Origin: Peribolospora baueri
Lineage: Eukaryota
Reading direction: 5' to 3'
Length of the DNA stretch: 64,000 nt
Assembly (NCBI GenBank): GCA_029717555.1
Contig: JAMDHS010000046.1
Span: 1 to 64,000, forward strand
Part shown: in pieces, positions 1 through 10,608 of the stretch
How positions within the stretch are numbered: the stretch's first letter is position 1
Layout of the letters: every line of letters starts with the position of its first letter
Made by a program: the position numbers and the translations under genes
The notes under the pieces: generated by a model
What the model saw: the letters and a program-made list of their open reading frames with translations, nothing else
The model's database searches: none
What the model was told of the DNA's origin: nothing

Positions 1-3000
1 GGCCCGACTCGGACAATCCCAAGCGCCTATCTCTCCCCCCTGGACCAAAAGGTCTACCTTTCATCGGCAACGCGCACCAATTGGGCGGCGTGAGCCTACG
101 CATCTTTGCTGTGAAGACCAGCTGAACTGAGTTGGAGGCCTCACTCGGTCCCGTCGTTTCTCTTTACATTTCGCTGCACCAGTACCCTTGGCGCAAATTT
201 GACAGTTTGATCAAGCAGTTTGGTCCCATCGTCTCCCTCAATGTCGTAGGGACCGTGAGCTTCTGCACCTCGGTAGGCGGCAAACATTTTGGAGGACGTC
301 TCTTGACGTCCTTCTCCTATTCTTCCTTTCTTCTTCCCTAATGGGAACAGCCCCTGATTCTCATAGGCGATGCTGAAGTCGCTAAGGACATTCTGGAGAA
401 GGATGGTGCCAATACTGCCGACCGTCCGATCAGTCACATCGTGAGCCCTGTTGAGATCTTTTCCGCATCTTTGAGCCCCTCATACCTCCCTCCGTTTTTG
501 CTGACAGGGAAAAATGTCCAATAAACGCGCGTTCCTATTATTTTCTTCGTTCCCTCTTTTCTCTCTCTCTATTGCCATGAATTTTCCTTCCTCGGTGACA
601 GTTTTACAAATACGGCTCGAAAGAGAAGATGTCCATCATCGCTCCCGATTACGACGACCAGGTGAAGCTCAGCCGCCGGCTTTTGACGGAGGCCATGTCC
701 ATTCTCAAAACGGGTGCCTCCGAGCCTGCGCACGAGACGCAGATGAGGTTCTGCTTGAAGAGGATATTGGACCAGCCGGACGAGTGGGCCAAGAATCTGA
801 ATATGTGAGTAGGTGGGAGACGGAGGTGGAACTTTACTGGAAGGCAGAACGATGAGGATAGGCCGGCACCTGAATACTCCGAGCATACTTTCTCTGCACG
901 TCGGAACCCTCGCAGCTACACCGTGGCCGTGCTCAAGTCAGTCGTCTTCGGCGACCTTTGCGAAGATGGAGAGCAGGCCTTTGAAGCGGCCGAGAACAAT
1001 CAGATGGTGTGTAGGCGTTCATACCCTTCTTTTTCTTTCCTCCAACTGGAAACGACCGTCTAACTGAATCGAATCTCACTCGCCCGTTTACACCTCCCTA
1101 ACTCGTCCTTTCCAACAACGCTCACCAGTTCTGCGACATGGTCGACGACCTCGTCCGTCCCGGCGCCACCATTGCGGACTTCTTACCCGTCCTCGACAAA
1201 CTTCCCTTGCCGAGGTCGTGGTGCGCCTGGAGGGCAGCAGGAGATGATGTATACAGGACGTCACTCGAAACCTATTCCAAGCTCATCGAGCCCGTTCAGA
1301 AGGATCTCAATCTGCACGGAGCGAGCGCTATGAACTCGTGAGCATCGCTCTATTAACCCTCTTCTTGTCTGCTCCCGCCTGACGGCGACCTGGTCGCCTT
1401 CGACGCTACCGGTACGGAACGCTTGATGACGCTCGTGCCCGCCTATCTTCAGCGTCACAAAGGCCATCATCGATCATCCCCAGGCGAAGAACGTCAAGGG
1501 TGGCATGGAGTTTCTTCTCGGCGCGCTCTGGCTTGCCGGCCGCGACACGGTGATTACCTCCACATGTCACTATGTGTTTACCTGGCGGACGTCGATATCG
1601 CGTAGATAGGGACCTCGCTCACTCGGCTCGTTGACCACGTCCTTTGCCTCTTTTCCCTCACCTGAATCTTGTAGACGCACACCACCCTCCGCAGCTTCGT
1701 CCTAGCTTGGGTCAAGTTCCCCGAGGCGATGGTCGCTGCACGCAAGCAGATCGACGCCGTCGTTCCGGCCGATAGACTCCCCTCGTTCAGCGACCGTGCC
1801 AACTTGCCCCTTGTAGAGGCCCTGATTAAAGGTATGTGCCCATTGGCCGAAGATGCCATGTTTTCTCCTCTATTTGAGCGAGACCGTTCCGGTTTCTTGG
1901 ATATATTTGTGGTGTGGTCACGAGGCAGTCTCGCTCATGCAGGCCGTTCCTCCATTGCGCAATGTCTCCAGAGGTACAGCGCTGGCGCAGCATTACACCC
2001 AACGGTGAGAGCCGTGAACGGTCCTTCCATGTCCATAAATATTTTTTTGTTCGACTGTTGAAAGAACCGATTGATTATTCCTCCTTGCCCGTCTCCTTCT
2101 CTCGTCGCCTGACGCGCTGCACGCGTAGGCCTGCCTCACCGATCGAAGAAGGCGACTGTCTATGGCAATTTCTATATTCCCAAAGGGTCCATCATCATCG
2201 GTAACACTTGGTGGGTCGGCTACTCTGCCCGTTCCCGTGGTTCCGCTCACACAAAGCAAGGCTTTCCATCAAGCATTTCCATTCTGACCGACCGGCTGAC
2301 GTCGCCACTAATCTCCCTTCCTTCTGGCTCCTTAGGACTATCGATCACGACCCCAAGCTTCACCCTGATCGTGAGCATGCCGATCTGCTTCTTTCGCAAC
2401 TGCCGGAGTCTAGGGGGAATTCTTTTAACTTTTTTTTTCTTTGCGTATCGCGAAACGATCTCTTCTAGCCGAGGCATTCAAGCCAGAGAGGCATTTGAAC
2501 GATGACGGCACCCTGAAGAAACTCGACAACATCTTCACTTTTGGCTACGGCCGTCGCGGTGAGTCGTCCCTTATCTTTTCTCTCTGAAGACACGAGGTCT
2601 TGGTCCAAAACTATGGAGACGATGACCGTTTCGATCTAACCGATCCACTCATCGGCACGGCTCGCTTGGACCGCAGTTTGCCCCGGCCAGCCCATGGCAG
2701 AGCGCTCGCTCTTCATCATAATCGCCGGCTTCCTGTGGGCGTTTGACGTCAGCAAAGCCCGCGACGAGCATGGGAAAGAGATTGACGTCGACGATCTCAG
2801 CTACATGGTGCGTCGCTGCTGACGGTTGCGATTCGTGTATGTGGCCGTGGGGCAGAAGAGGACGCTCAGTTCCACTTGTTTGAATCGCTCTCTTTTGACG
2901 TCGCAGGACGGCCTCAACCCGCGCGCCAAGCCCTTCCCCGCCAATTGGAGCGTCCGCGACGAGGTGCGAGCTCAGACGATCAGGAGGGCACTCAAAACCG

Positions 3001-3032
3001 AGGTGGCATGTGTCGGTCTCGCCTCCATGTGA
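1..3032 (+). CDS. Cytochrome P450 (multi-exon, 5' end outside window)
   Basis: Spliced exons give the proline hinge PPGPKGLPFIGNAHQL, I-helix GALWLAGRDT, K-helix EALIKEVQRW (ExxR), PEAFKPERH and heme motif FGYGRR|VCPG (split by an intron near 2559-2676). Stop at 3030-3032. Confidence 0.93.
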
Positions 3033-3269
3033 TTCGGTCCGTACTTCGCCTCGCCTTACAGCGCTTTCCTGCGAGCCACCTATCACTTTCATTCGTGGGA
3101 AGCATGGTTCGGCACGTTCCATCCCTGAGACGGATTTGGCGACCCGTCCGTCCATCTCCCTAAGTCGAGCGGCCGATACGTATGTCGAGTCCTTTCCCTC
3201 CGTCCACTTCCCCCCTTTTTTTCCTCGCGTTCTCCGTTGGCCCCAGTCCCTCATCCCGGGCACCGTTCG

Positions 3270-3480
3270 AACATCTCAATTGGCCCGATAACTTTTTCTT
3301 GACTCTTCTTGGAGCTCGAGCATTCGCCCAGACCTCGTGCTCACCAGGAAAGGCCCATCCTTCTTCATTTCCTCATGGGCCCTGTAGTCCGATTCAGTTC
3401 GATCATTAGCCCATCGTCTTGAAATTCAGTTTGCTCGCCAAGTCCTTTACAACCCCTTCTTGGATACGAATTTCTTAATA
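3270..3480. repeat. Copy A of a degenerate direct repeat (partner at 8451-8580)
   Basis: catctcaattggcccgataact...ttcttggagctcgagc.ttcgccca and ccatcgtcttgaaat.cag.ttgctcgccaagtcctt.acaaccccttc occur here and at 8453-8555. Copy A carries an extra ~75 bp between the two blocks. Confidence 0.85.
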
Positions 3481-4100
3481 GGGGAAGCGAGACGTTCCTA
3501 CAGTGAGATGTCCTTAGATCATGCTGAGTGAGCGCCTCTTCAGGTACACCAGCCGTAGTTCGCTCAACGGTGGCGAAGGAACTTAAGAGCATAAAATACG
3601 GATCCAGTCGTCTTCGTCGCAAACCTCGACGGTTTTGCTGGCTTAAGAAAGATGATTTAAGGGACGGCTCTAAGCGAGAGCGGATACTCAACTCGTCAGT
3701 ATCACGTAATCCGCTCAGGCAGTTGGTCCGTGCGCTCCGAGCCCCATGGAAGCGGGCCACCGTCAGTGACTGGCTGGCAACCAATCCCCAGATAAGTCGA
3801 CGAAAGGTTTCCAAGGTGGCAAGGGGGACAACCTCTTCTTATCTTGGGCCTATTGGGGTTGACGTAGCCTCCGGCCGGCTCGTTACCGCCAATGTCGCAC
3901 TAGTCTTCCGTCTCCGATCGGAGGCACTGCCAAGTTCCTGGCAGCGGCCGCTCATTCCGTCAGATGGTTGACCAATTTTGCTGGCGAATATCCTGGTGGG
4001 ACGCGGGCTGTTGTCCTTTGGGAAGAGCATGCTGCCAGCTGTGGAATGTGGAGACGAAAATCTCTAGGTCCTGTATGTGATTAAGCCAACTGTCAGTGCC
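3280..4100 (-). pseudogene. Possible decayed gene relic of unknown family
   Basis: Protein-like stretches between splice-like signals are interrupted by in-frame stops (e.g. SKTVEVCDEDDWIRILCS*VPSPPL; QQNWSTI*RNERPLPG). No family recognised. Confidence 0.25.
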
Positions 4101-4633
4101 AAACTCCTTCGTATCTACTGCGGCATATCGTAAAGTAACGTCACGGCCGCCAACCTTCGAGTCCGTCCCCATATGTGTCTCCATAGAGCCCATGTGACTG
4201 GCAATGCATGTGCGCCCGCTGAGGGCTTCGCACATAATCCAACACTATGTCACGCTCCTGACTAAGAGCGTCCTGTCATTGGTTCACTGGAGCCAACGGG
4301 ACCCCAGTGATGGCCCAAGTCATGACAGCGTGGCTACAAGTCACACTGGGCGCTTCAACCATCGAGATGTCGTTCATACTGTATTTGTTTCATTTCAAGG
4401 CTGGCCATCGATTTGGTGCTCCACATCCCGGCAAGCGCGGAAGGCGCTGGTTAGCTGGGACTGAACGCCACCAATCGAAAAAGGGTCCATAGCCTCGGCG
4501 CGGGAAGTGGCGATCGGCGGAATGGATTTCTTGGCTATCTCCTCCTGTCACGCGGCCGAGCATTCCGCGGGGTGGGGTAGAAGGCAACCAACCACCTGGG
4601 AGGTCTTGCGTGGCGGTGTGCAGTCCGCTGAGG

Positions 4634-4640
4634 CTATAAA
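4634..4640 (+). promoter_or_regulatory. TATA box of the secreted Cys-rich peptide gene
   Basis: TATAAA about 80 bp upstream of the ATG at 4718, which has a caaaATG context. Confidence 0.6.
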
Positions 4641-4717
4641 GACGGGTTGCCGCCGGCTCCCTCGCCAGCTTCGCTCTCAACCTTTCGTCGCCAGTTGCCA
4701 TTATCAACTCAGTCAAA

Positions 4718-5340
4718 ATGCGCTTCTCTGCCCTCGCTGCCGTTCTGGCCGCCTCGATCGTCACGGCGTCCCCCGCCCCTGCGCCTGCACCCTGCCAGAC
4801 TTGCGTGAGTGATGACTAGTTGCGGATGGCTTTCCCTCGTCCTTCTTTCCCATGACGCTTCCGCCAATATCTTCTGGCAGCTTGGACTGGTCTAAGCCCA
4901 CGCTTACACGTTATTCCTTCAATCGTACTACTGCCCTTCATTTGCCAATTCCGCGTCGGTCCTCGACCATTAACACCGGCGACTCGCTCAGGAACAATGT
5001 GCCCGCTTCGGACTCTGCACCCGTGACCTCACTCTCGCCCAGCGCGACGGCATTGCCGCCGGCCTCTACGGCAAGCGCGACCTTGGTTTCGAGGACGTCG
5101 AAGAGCGCGAGCCGAAGCCATGCACGACGTGCGAGCAATGCTTCTGCTTCGGCATCTGCTCGCGCGATCTGACGGAGGTGAGTTTCGAGTATCCCCAGGC
5201 TATAGTACCGTTCGCATTGACGGCTTGGCTCGCTGGACTGACGGAGTGATGACCTGATTGGCTCCCTGCTGCTTATCTTCTACCAGATTCAGCTCCGCGA
5301 AACCATAGCCGGCGTCCATGCTGCCGCCTGCAGGAAGTAA
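4718..5340 (+). CDS. Small secreted cysteine-rich two-repeat precursor (KEP-like), 108 aa
   Basis: Exons 4718-4804, 4992-5177 and 5287-5340 with GTGAGT donors and CAG acceptors. Protein: MRFSALAAVLAASIVTASPAPAPAPCQTCEQCARFGLCTRDLTLAQRDGIAAGLYGKRDLGFEDVEEREPKPCTTCEQCFCFGICSRDLTEIQLRETIAGVHAAACRK. Splicing restores the internal repeat, which supports the model. Confidence 0.85.
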
Positions 5341-5489
5341 AGCACAATCCTTCTTGGCTTCCGGTCGTGCCGTGGGCTTGGGTATACGTCGGAACTATGT
5401 TGTGCCCATTATTACGAAATATACGCGAAATCGAATCAGGCATGCGCGTAAGATGCAAGCTTCAGTCCGTGTGCTTGCTGTACTTCCGT

Positions 5490-5990
5490 CTCTCCATGCC
5501 ACGTCCTGAGCCAGCCAAGGAGCGTCGGTAGTGCTCCACGAGTGCTTCGTCGTTCGAATCGAGTCTCTCCGCGATGGCACTGAAGCGGGTGGAGTAGTCC
5601 CTCGCTGAGCCGGTCTGTCGGAGAGCGAAGAGCTGCTCGGTCGCGGTCCTGGACGAGTGCGGATCTCCGAAGCGCGAGAGAAGCTGCGCGGTGAAGCCCT
5701 CCCAAGTGCGCAGCCATGCGTTCTTGCGGAGGGGCGCGGGACCGTCGATTTCGCTGCGGAAGGGAAAGATCCATTGAGCGGCGTCCCCGTCGAACCAAGT
5801 GATGGCAAAGTCAATCTTTTGCTCATCCGAGAGTTCGTAAAATTTGAAGAAGATATCGAGGGAGAAGACGAATCACTCTGTGATGGCCTGTGATCTTCTG
5901 GCGGCGGAAAACTTGTTGGGTTGGGTGGATTCGGGAGCCTTGACGAGGTGAGCGCCGCTTCGCGGCGGATGGCAGCGACCACCGGGGCGG
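5490..5990 (-). mobile_element. Ty3/Gypsy retrotransposon Gag (capsid) relic
   Basis: A frame absent from the ORF track reads ...QAITE*FVFSLDIFFKFYELSDEQKIDFAITWFDGDAAQW...TWEGFTAQLLSRFGDPHSSRTATEQLFALRQTGSARDYSTRFSAIAERLDSNDEALVEHYRRSL. This fits the Retrotrans_gag pattern (LxQxGS-x-x-DY-x-x-x-F). In-frame TGA at 5873-5875; no pol follows. Confidence 0.8.
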
Positions 5991-6212
5991 CGAAGCTCTT
6001 GATGGCATGTTGGTGTCATCGGTCGGAGATGTCCAGATCCAGTAGCCGCGAAAGGATCTGGTCGACCTGAAGGTCCGAGAGGTCGTTGGTGCTGGACATA
6101 GTGGTGCTGGCTCGGAGCCTAGTGGTTGGATCAGATATAGAGAAAGCGAGGGCGAGTCGATTTTTTCGAGTGGAGCAAGGGGGACGAGTATGCTAGAAGC
6201 CAGCAAGCAAGG

Positions 6213-6670
6213 TGTAACAAGGTTCGAGGTTATAGCAATGGGGAGCGAGGCGCTGTTGTCATTCTTCATCCGAGCAGGGGGGAGAGGGGCTGTATATATA
6301 CACTGGACAACCCTACTGCGGTAGTCCGTGACAGCGACGCCCACCTCATGCGTACCGTGACACGAGATCACGACGAGAGCGAGAGCTAGACGAGGGGAGC
6401 CAAGACGAGGGCAAAGGCGAGGACACGGGACGAGGCAAGAGTCAAGAGCAAGGACGGGATACGAGATGGGGATGAGGGTTTGCTAATGAGATATCCGATG
6501 AGGGACCACTTCCTACCCAAGACTGAGAGCCTTAATACGCGGAGGGGATCCCCACAAGACCGGGGAAAACCATACCAGAGTGCGGGGCTATGGGGGGAAG
6601 TGTTGAGGCAGACGGAGAAACCATAACCCGAGCGAGGAGGGTGCCGACCTCGGGCACGAGCGCCGTGACA
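6213..6670 (-). mobile_element. Putative 5' LTR (or nested LTR fragments) of the Ty3 relic
   Basis: On the minus strand, TGTCACGG starts at 6670, 6362 and 6333 and GTTACA ends at 6213 (TG...CA inverted termini). TATATATA lies near 6293-6300. The segment is directly upstream of gag; the true boundary is uncertain. Confidence 0.45.
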
Positions 6671-7595
6671 GAAACGGGTCTTCAACTGGGAAGGAAGATA
6701 AAGCAGCGAGAAGAAACGGTCTTCCAACAGGGAGGCAGGATAAAGCAGCAAGAAGAAATGGTCTTCAACAATGGCATGCCACGTAGCAAAATGGAAAGGC
6801 GTGGACGGAGGATAAGTGCGGGAAGATTAGCAAGATGAAAAACAAGGACAAAGGGTCTGCAACGGGGAGAGAATATAAAGCAGCGAGAAAAAACGGGTTT
6901 TCAACAAGAAAGCGTTGAACAGGGAGGGAGGATAAAATGGCAGGAAGATGAATAAGAAGGAGAAAAGGGTCTGCAACGGGGAGAGAAGATAAAGCAGCTG
7001 GCAAAAACGGGTTCTCAACAAGAAAGAAACGGCTTTTGAACTGGGTGGGAGGATAAAACGGCAAGAAGAAACGCTTTTCCACAACGTCGTGGCACGTGTC
7101 GAAATGGAAAGACATGGAGGGAGATTAGCGAGATGAAAAACAAGGAGAAAAAGGTCTGCATCGGGGAGGGAAGATAAAGCAGCAAGAAAAAACATGAAAG
7201 AAACAGATCGTCGAAGGGAGGGAGAAAAAACGACGGCAAGAAACGGTTTTGAGCAGTGTCGCGCCACGTGGCAAAATGGAAAAGCGTGGGCGGAGAATCA
7301 GCGGTGGAAGATGAAAAATAAGGAGAAAAGGGTCTTCAACAAGAGAAAAACGGTCTTGAACGAGGAAGGAAGATAAAGCAGCAAGAAAAAAAAGAAAGAA
7401 ACAGGTCGAAGGGAGGGAGGAAAAAACGGCGGCAAGAAGCGGTTTTCAGCAGTGTCGTGCCACGTGGGAAATTGGAAAGGCGTGGGCGGAGAATCAGCGG
7501 GAGAAGATGAAAAAACAAGGAGAAAGGGTGTTCAACAAGAGAAAAACGGTCTTCAACGGGGAGGGAAGATAAAGCAGCAAGAAAAACAGGGAACA
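6671..7595. repeat. Purine-rich degenerate tandem array (satellite-like)
   Basis: Recurring GATAAAGCAGC (about 8 variants), AAAACGG..TTCAAC, GGAGAAAAGGGTC and GCCACGTG..AA.TGGAAA.GCGTGG blocks. The last occurs near 6778, 7091, 7263 and 7459. Confidence 0.9.
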
Positions 7596-7603
7596 AGAAC
7601 GAA

Positions 7604-7709
7604 TACTGGCGGAGGAGGGTGGAATGTTGCACTGGCGAGGGAGGCGGGAAGTGGAATATTGTGCTGGCGGGAGAGGCGGGAAGCGGAAATTGCACTGGCG
7701 GGAGGTGGG
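7604..7709. repeat. Short tandem repeat, ~30-bp unit x3-4
   Basis: Variants of ACTGGCGGGAGAGGCGGGAAG(T/C)GGAAT(A)TTG repeated head to tail. Confidence 0.75.
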
Positions 7710-8034
7710 TGTCCCGTTTATCCTCGTCTCTGATGCTAACTCCGGCCCTAGCTGCTTTAATCTTCACCAGTTCGGCAATCTTGTCGCCGAGTTCCTCTAC
7801 CGAGCCGTCCAGGGTGAGGCCGAATAGGTCGGGTTTAACCTGCCAGCCCATCGCTGCATCGCCCATCGTGAGGGCTGTCTTGAGGTCGTTGTAGAGCTCG
7901 CTGCCAACCTCCCTGGTCTGGTTCGGGCCTTCGTCGATTAGGTTGGCCACACTCCCCTTGTCCCTGGAGTCGTCGCACGTGAAACGGACAACAGTGCCAA
8001 GGAATGTATCCCGGTCGTGGTTGTTGTTGCTCAT
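7710..8034 (-). mobile_element. Ty1/Copia Gag N-terminal (UBN2-like) relic
   Basis: ...LYNDLKTALTMGDAAMGWQVKPDLFGLTLDGSVEELGDKIAELVKIKAARAGVSIRDEDKRD resembles the copia gag pattern L..L.L.GSV.E...KI.EL......AG..I.DEDK. It is truncated where the tandem repeats begin. Confidence 0.55.
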
Positions 8035-8450
8035 GCTGGTAAGATCGATGTGTTGGTTTCTTGGCGGTAGTCCTGCTCGAGGTGGGTAGCTATTGTCGTT
8101 GCTGTCTTAGCCCAGGCGTAGGCTAGATGGGAGAGGATACAGCGGCTCGACACTTCCTATTCACGAGGGCGACATCACCGTGGCCCACATTCCTTCGGAC
8201 AGAGCCAAGGTTACCTGTAGGATTCTTAGCTACAAATGAGAGGGAAAGACGATGACTTCTCATTGCTGCTCCCAAGCTCCGCGGCTGATCGTCGGGGCAA
8301 TAAGGATCAGCGTACCTGGTCTCGCTCGTCGCCTCGCCGTGCCCTGATTCTGGCCACCGCTTTTCTATTCATCCTGTATCCCTAACCCCGGGCTGAACCT
8401 CCTCGCGCGCACCCGTTCCCAGGCCTGCCTTCCTGCTGCGCTCTCCGTTA

Positions 8451-8580
8451 GAGCATCTCAATTGGCCCGATAACTACTTCTTGGAGCTCGAGCGTTCGCC
8501 CACACCCATCGTCTTGAAATCCAGCTTGCTCGCCAAGTCCTTCACAACCCCTTCCCTTTTCGATGGGAACGACTTCATTC
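8451..8580. repeat. Copy B of the degenerate direct repeat (partner at 3270-3480)
   Basis: Same two sequence blocks as at 3272-3330 and 3411-3460, here contiguous and in the same orientation. Confidence 0.85.
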
Positions 8581-8634
8581 GGGTCGAGTAGGAATAAACA
8601 ATATATACGACCCTTCGGTCCGTTCTTCCACCGT

Positions 8635-10253
8635 CTAAGCCCGCGCGTCCTCTTCTTCAGAAGTGTCCAACTGTACGCCTCTGCCGCCTCTATGCCGAAT
8701 TCTCGAGACCACACCATCCCAAAGCTGTCTCGTCCCTTTAGCAACGACTGTGAAGAAGCCACTGTGTTTTGGGAGGATGCGATCTGGCCGGATTCGGTGC
8801 TGTTGATGTGGGTTTTTTGGTGCAGACGAGGAGACGGGCGACGCACAAGTCAGTTGGACTCGCTTACTTACCTGCAAACGCCAGCTTTTACGCGTGCCTC
8901 GGATCGGCCGTCTCGCGAACCGAGCCCACCCACCTTGTCGTCGACCAACACTCGCAGACTGGCCAGGATGCTGAGCAAGACGGAGAGGGCAGTCGAGGCT
9001 GAGAGAATGAACATGATGATCGTCTGCAGCTTCGTCGCTTGGTCTACGGGCGTGCCGGAGAGGAGGGCACCGGTCTTTTGTTGGGGTGAGGGGAGTAGGA
9101 CGACCAACGAAGATGGAGAGCGTGCGAACGGTCAGAGCGCAAGCTTTGCTTGGAAGACGAGGAGACGAGCGTCCTCGAAATCTGTTCAGCTGTGAGGCGA
9201 CATGCTCTCTAACGCACCATCATGCCTGGGATGGAGATGAGACCAATGATGCTACGGCGCGAGACACGAACGGGGTGAGAAGACGGTGGAAAATATGGAC
9301 GAAAGGACAGGCTCAGCTGTCGTTTCCACCGAAGTGTCTATGACCATTCTCTTTCCTCGCCCATTTTCGATGTCATCCGACGTCGTTCAACCTCGCTCAC
9401 CTCATCTGATTGATGATCGGCAGCAGCGCGATCCTCAACGCGTCGATGGCTACGGGCCTGCTCGCTTCGAGGCGCGTCGCGCCATGGGCGAGGAGCGTCT
9501 CGATCTTGTCCTTGTTCTCGCTGCGTGAGAGGGACGAGGACGGGCGCGACGAGCGACCCAGAAACGACTTGAAAGATGAATCCGAGCGCGAGAGCGAATG
9601 CATCCCGGGACTTGTTTCGACCGAAGAGCGGCTTCGGGCAGACGTCCACTCTGGCCGGCGCACTCACCTAAACTGAGTGAGCGTGTACCCGACGCCAACG
9701 CCGATGCCGCCGATGGCGTTGCCAAGGATCATGCCGAGCGTGGGCACGTATCGCATCGGCTCCCAGAAGGGTCTTTGCGACAATGCGAAATGGGAGCCGA
9801 CGGCGGAGATGGGCAGGGTGGTGATGAGCATGGAGAAGAGTGTGGTGAAGAACTGGCATAGATGTGGGGAGGGTGGACGAAGGAGAGAGAAGACGTCAGC
9901 GACGGACTGAGGCAAAAAAATAGACTCGACAGATTCACCATGCCCTTGTGCCTCCTCTTGCTCTTGCTGAAGACGACCTCCCACGCCCCGAGCAAGTTGA
10001 GGAGGACGGAGACGGCGGCGACGGCGAAAATGTTCCTGCTCTCGAAGACGCTCTTGAGCACGAAGCCCATGAGCCAGAGCTGGACGACGCATCGGAGTGC
10101 GGCGATGAGCAAGCTGCGCTCGATGCGGAGGCCGAGGGCGAGGGAGAGGAGTGCGTCGACGAGGACGAAGCCGAAGCCGAAGAGCACGTTCCAGTAGGTG
10201 AGCGTGACGGCGGGCACGTCTGGCGGGCCTGGTGACGCCGAGGGGCTGTCCAT
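8635..10253 (-). CDS. UPF0014-family membrane protein (FetB/YbbM/STAR2-ALS3-like ABC permease subunit)
   Basis: Six exons: MDSP...LLIAALRCVVQLWLMGFVL; ...RYVPTLGMILGNAI; ENKDKIETLLAHGATRLEA...ALRIALLPIINQM; SIIGLISIPGMM; TGALLSGTPVDQATKLQTIIMF...DDK; HRIRPDRI...EDARA*. The GMILGN, GAT and G-I-S-IPGMMTG motifs are UPF0014 hallmarks. Confidence 0.9.
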
Positions 10254-10608
10254 GTTGCTCCAGCCGTTGCTGGCGGGCGTGGAGGAAGGCGTGGAGGTGG
10301 TAGTGGGAGGCAAGAGGCAAGCAAGGACAGAGGTCGCTCGACGATGGCTTCTTGTGCTCGGCTCGGCATCTCTTCTTTCTATCTCCATCCACCTCGCCCA
10401 CGTGCCGGACCATCCATGTCCATGTTCGGCAGGGACGACGACGGCGGCGATAACAAACAGTCGCGATAATTTGATATTCCTTCTCCCTCCTCCAACCCCC
10501 TCGTCGTCGCCATCCTCCACAACGCCCGCTTGCCGGTCGCCGCCACCTCGATCCTCATCTCCCCGCCCCCCGCCGACTACGCCAGACGAACACCCGGAAG
10601 CGAGGACC

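Noticed and set aside
6671..7709. CRISPR array, or hydrophobic minus-strand ORFs in the repeats
   Set aside because: The context is eukaryotic and the repeats are degenerate with no unique spacers; the F/L/S-rich ORFs simply reflect pyrimidine bias.
8866..8874. ACTTACCTG resembling the U1 snRNA 5' end
   Set aside because: It is the reverse complement of a splice donor on the minus strand, and no U1 structure follows.
8448..9107. Separate small membrane or secreted gene
   Set aside because: These are the last exons of the UPF0014 permease (TGALLSG...DDK|HRIRPDRI).
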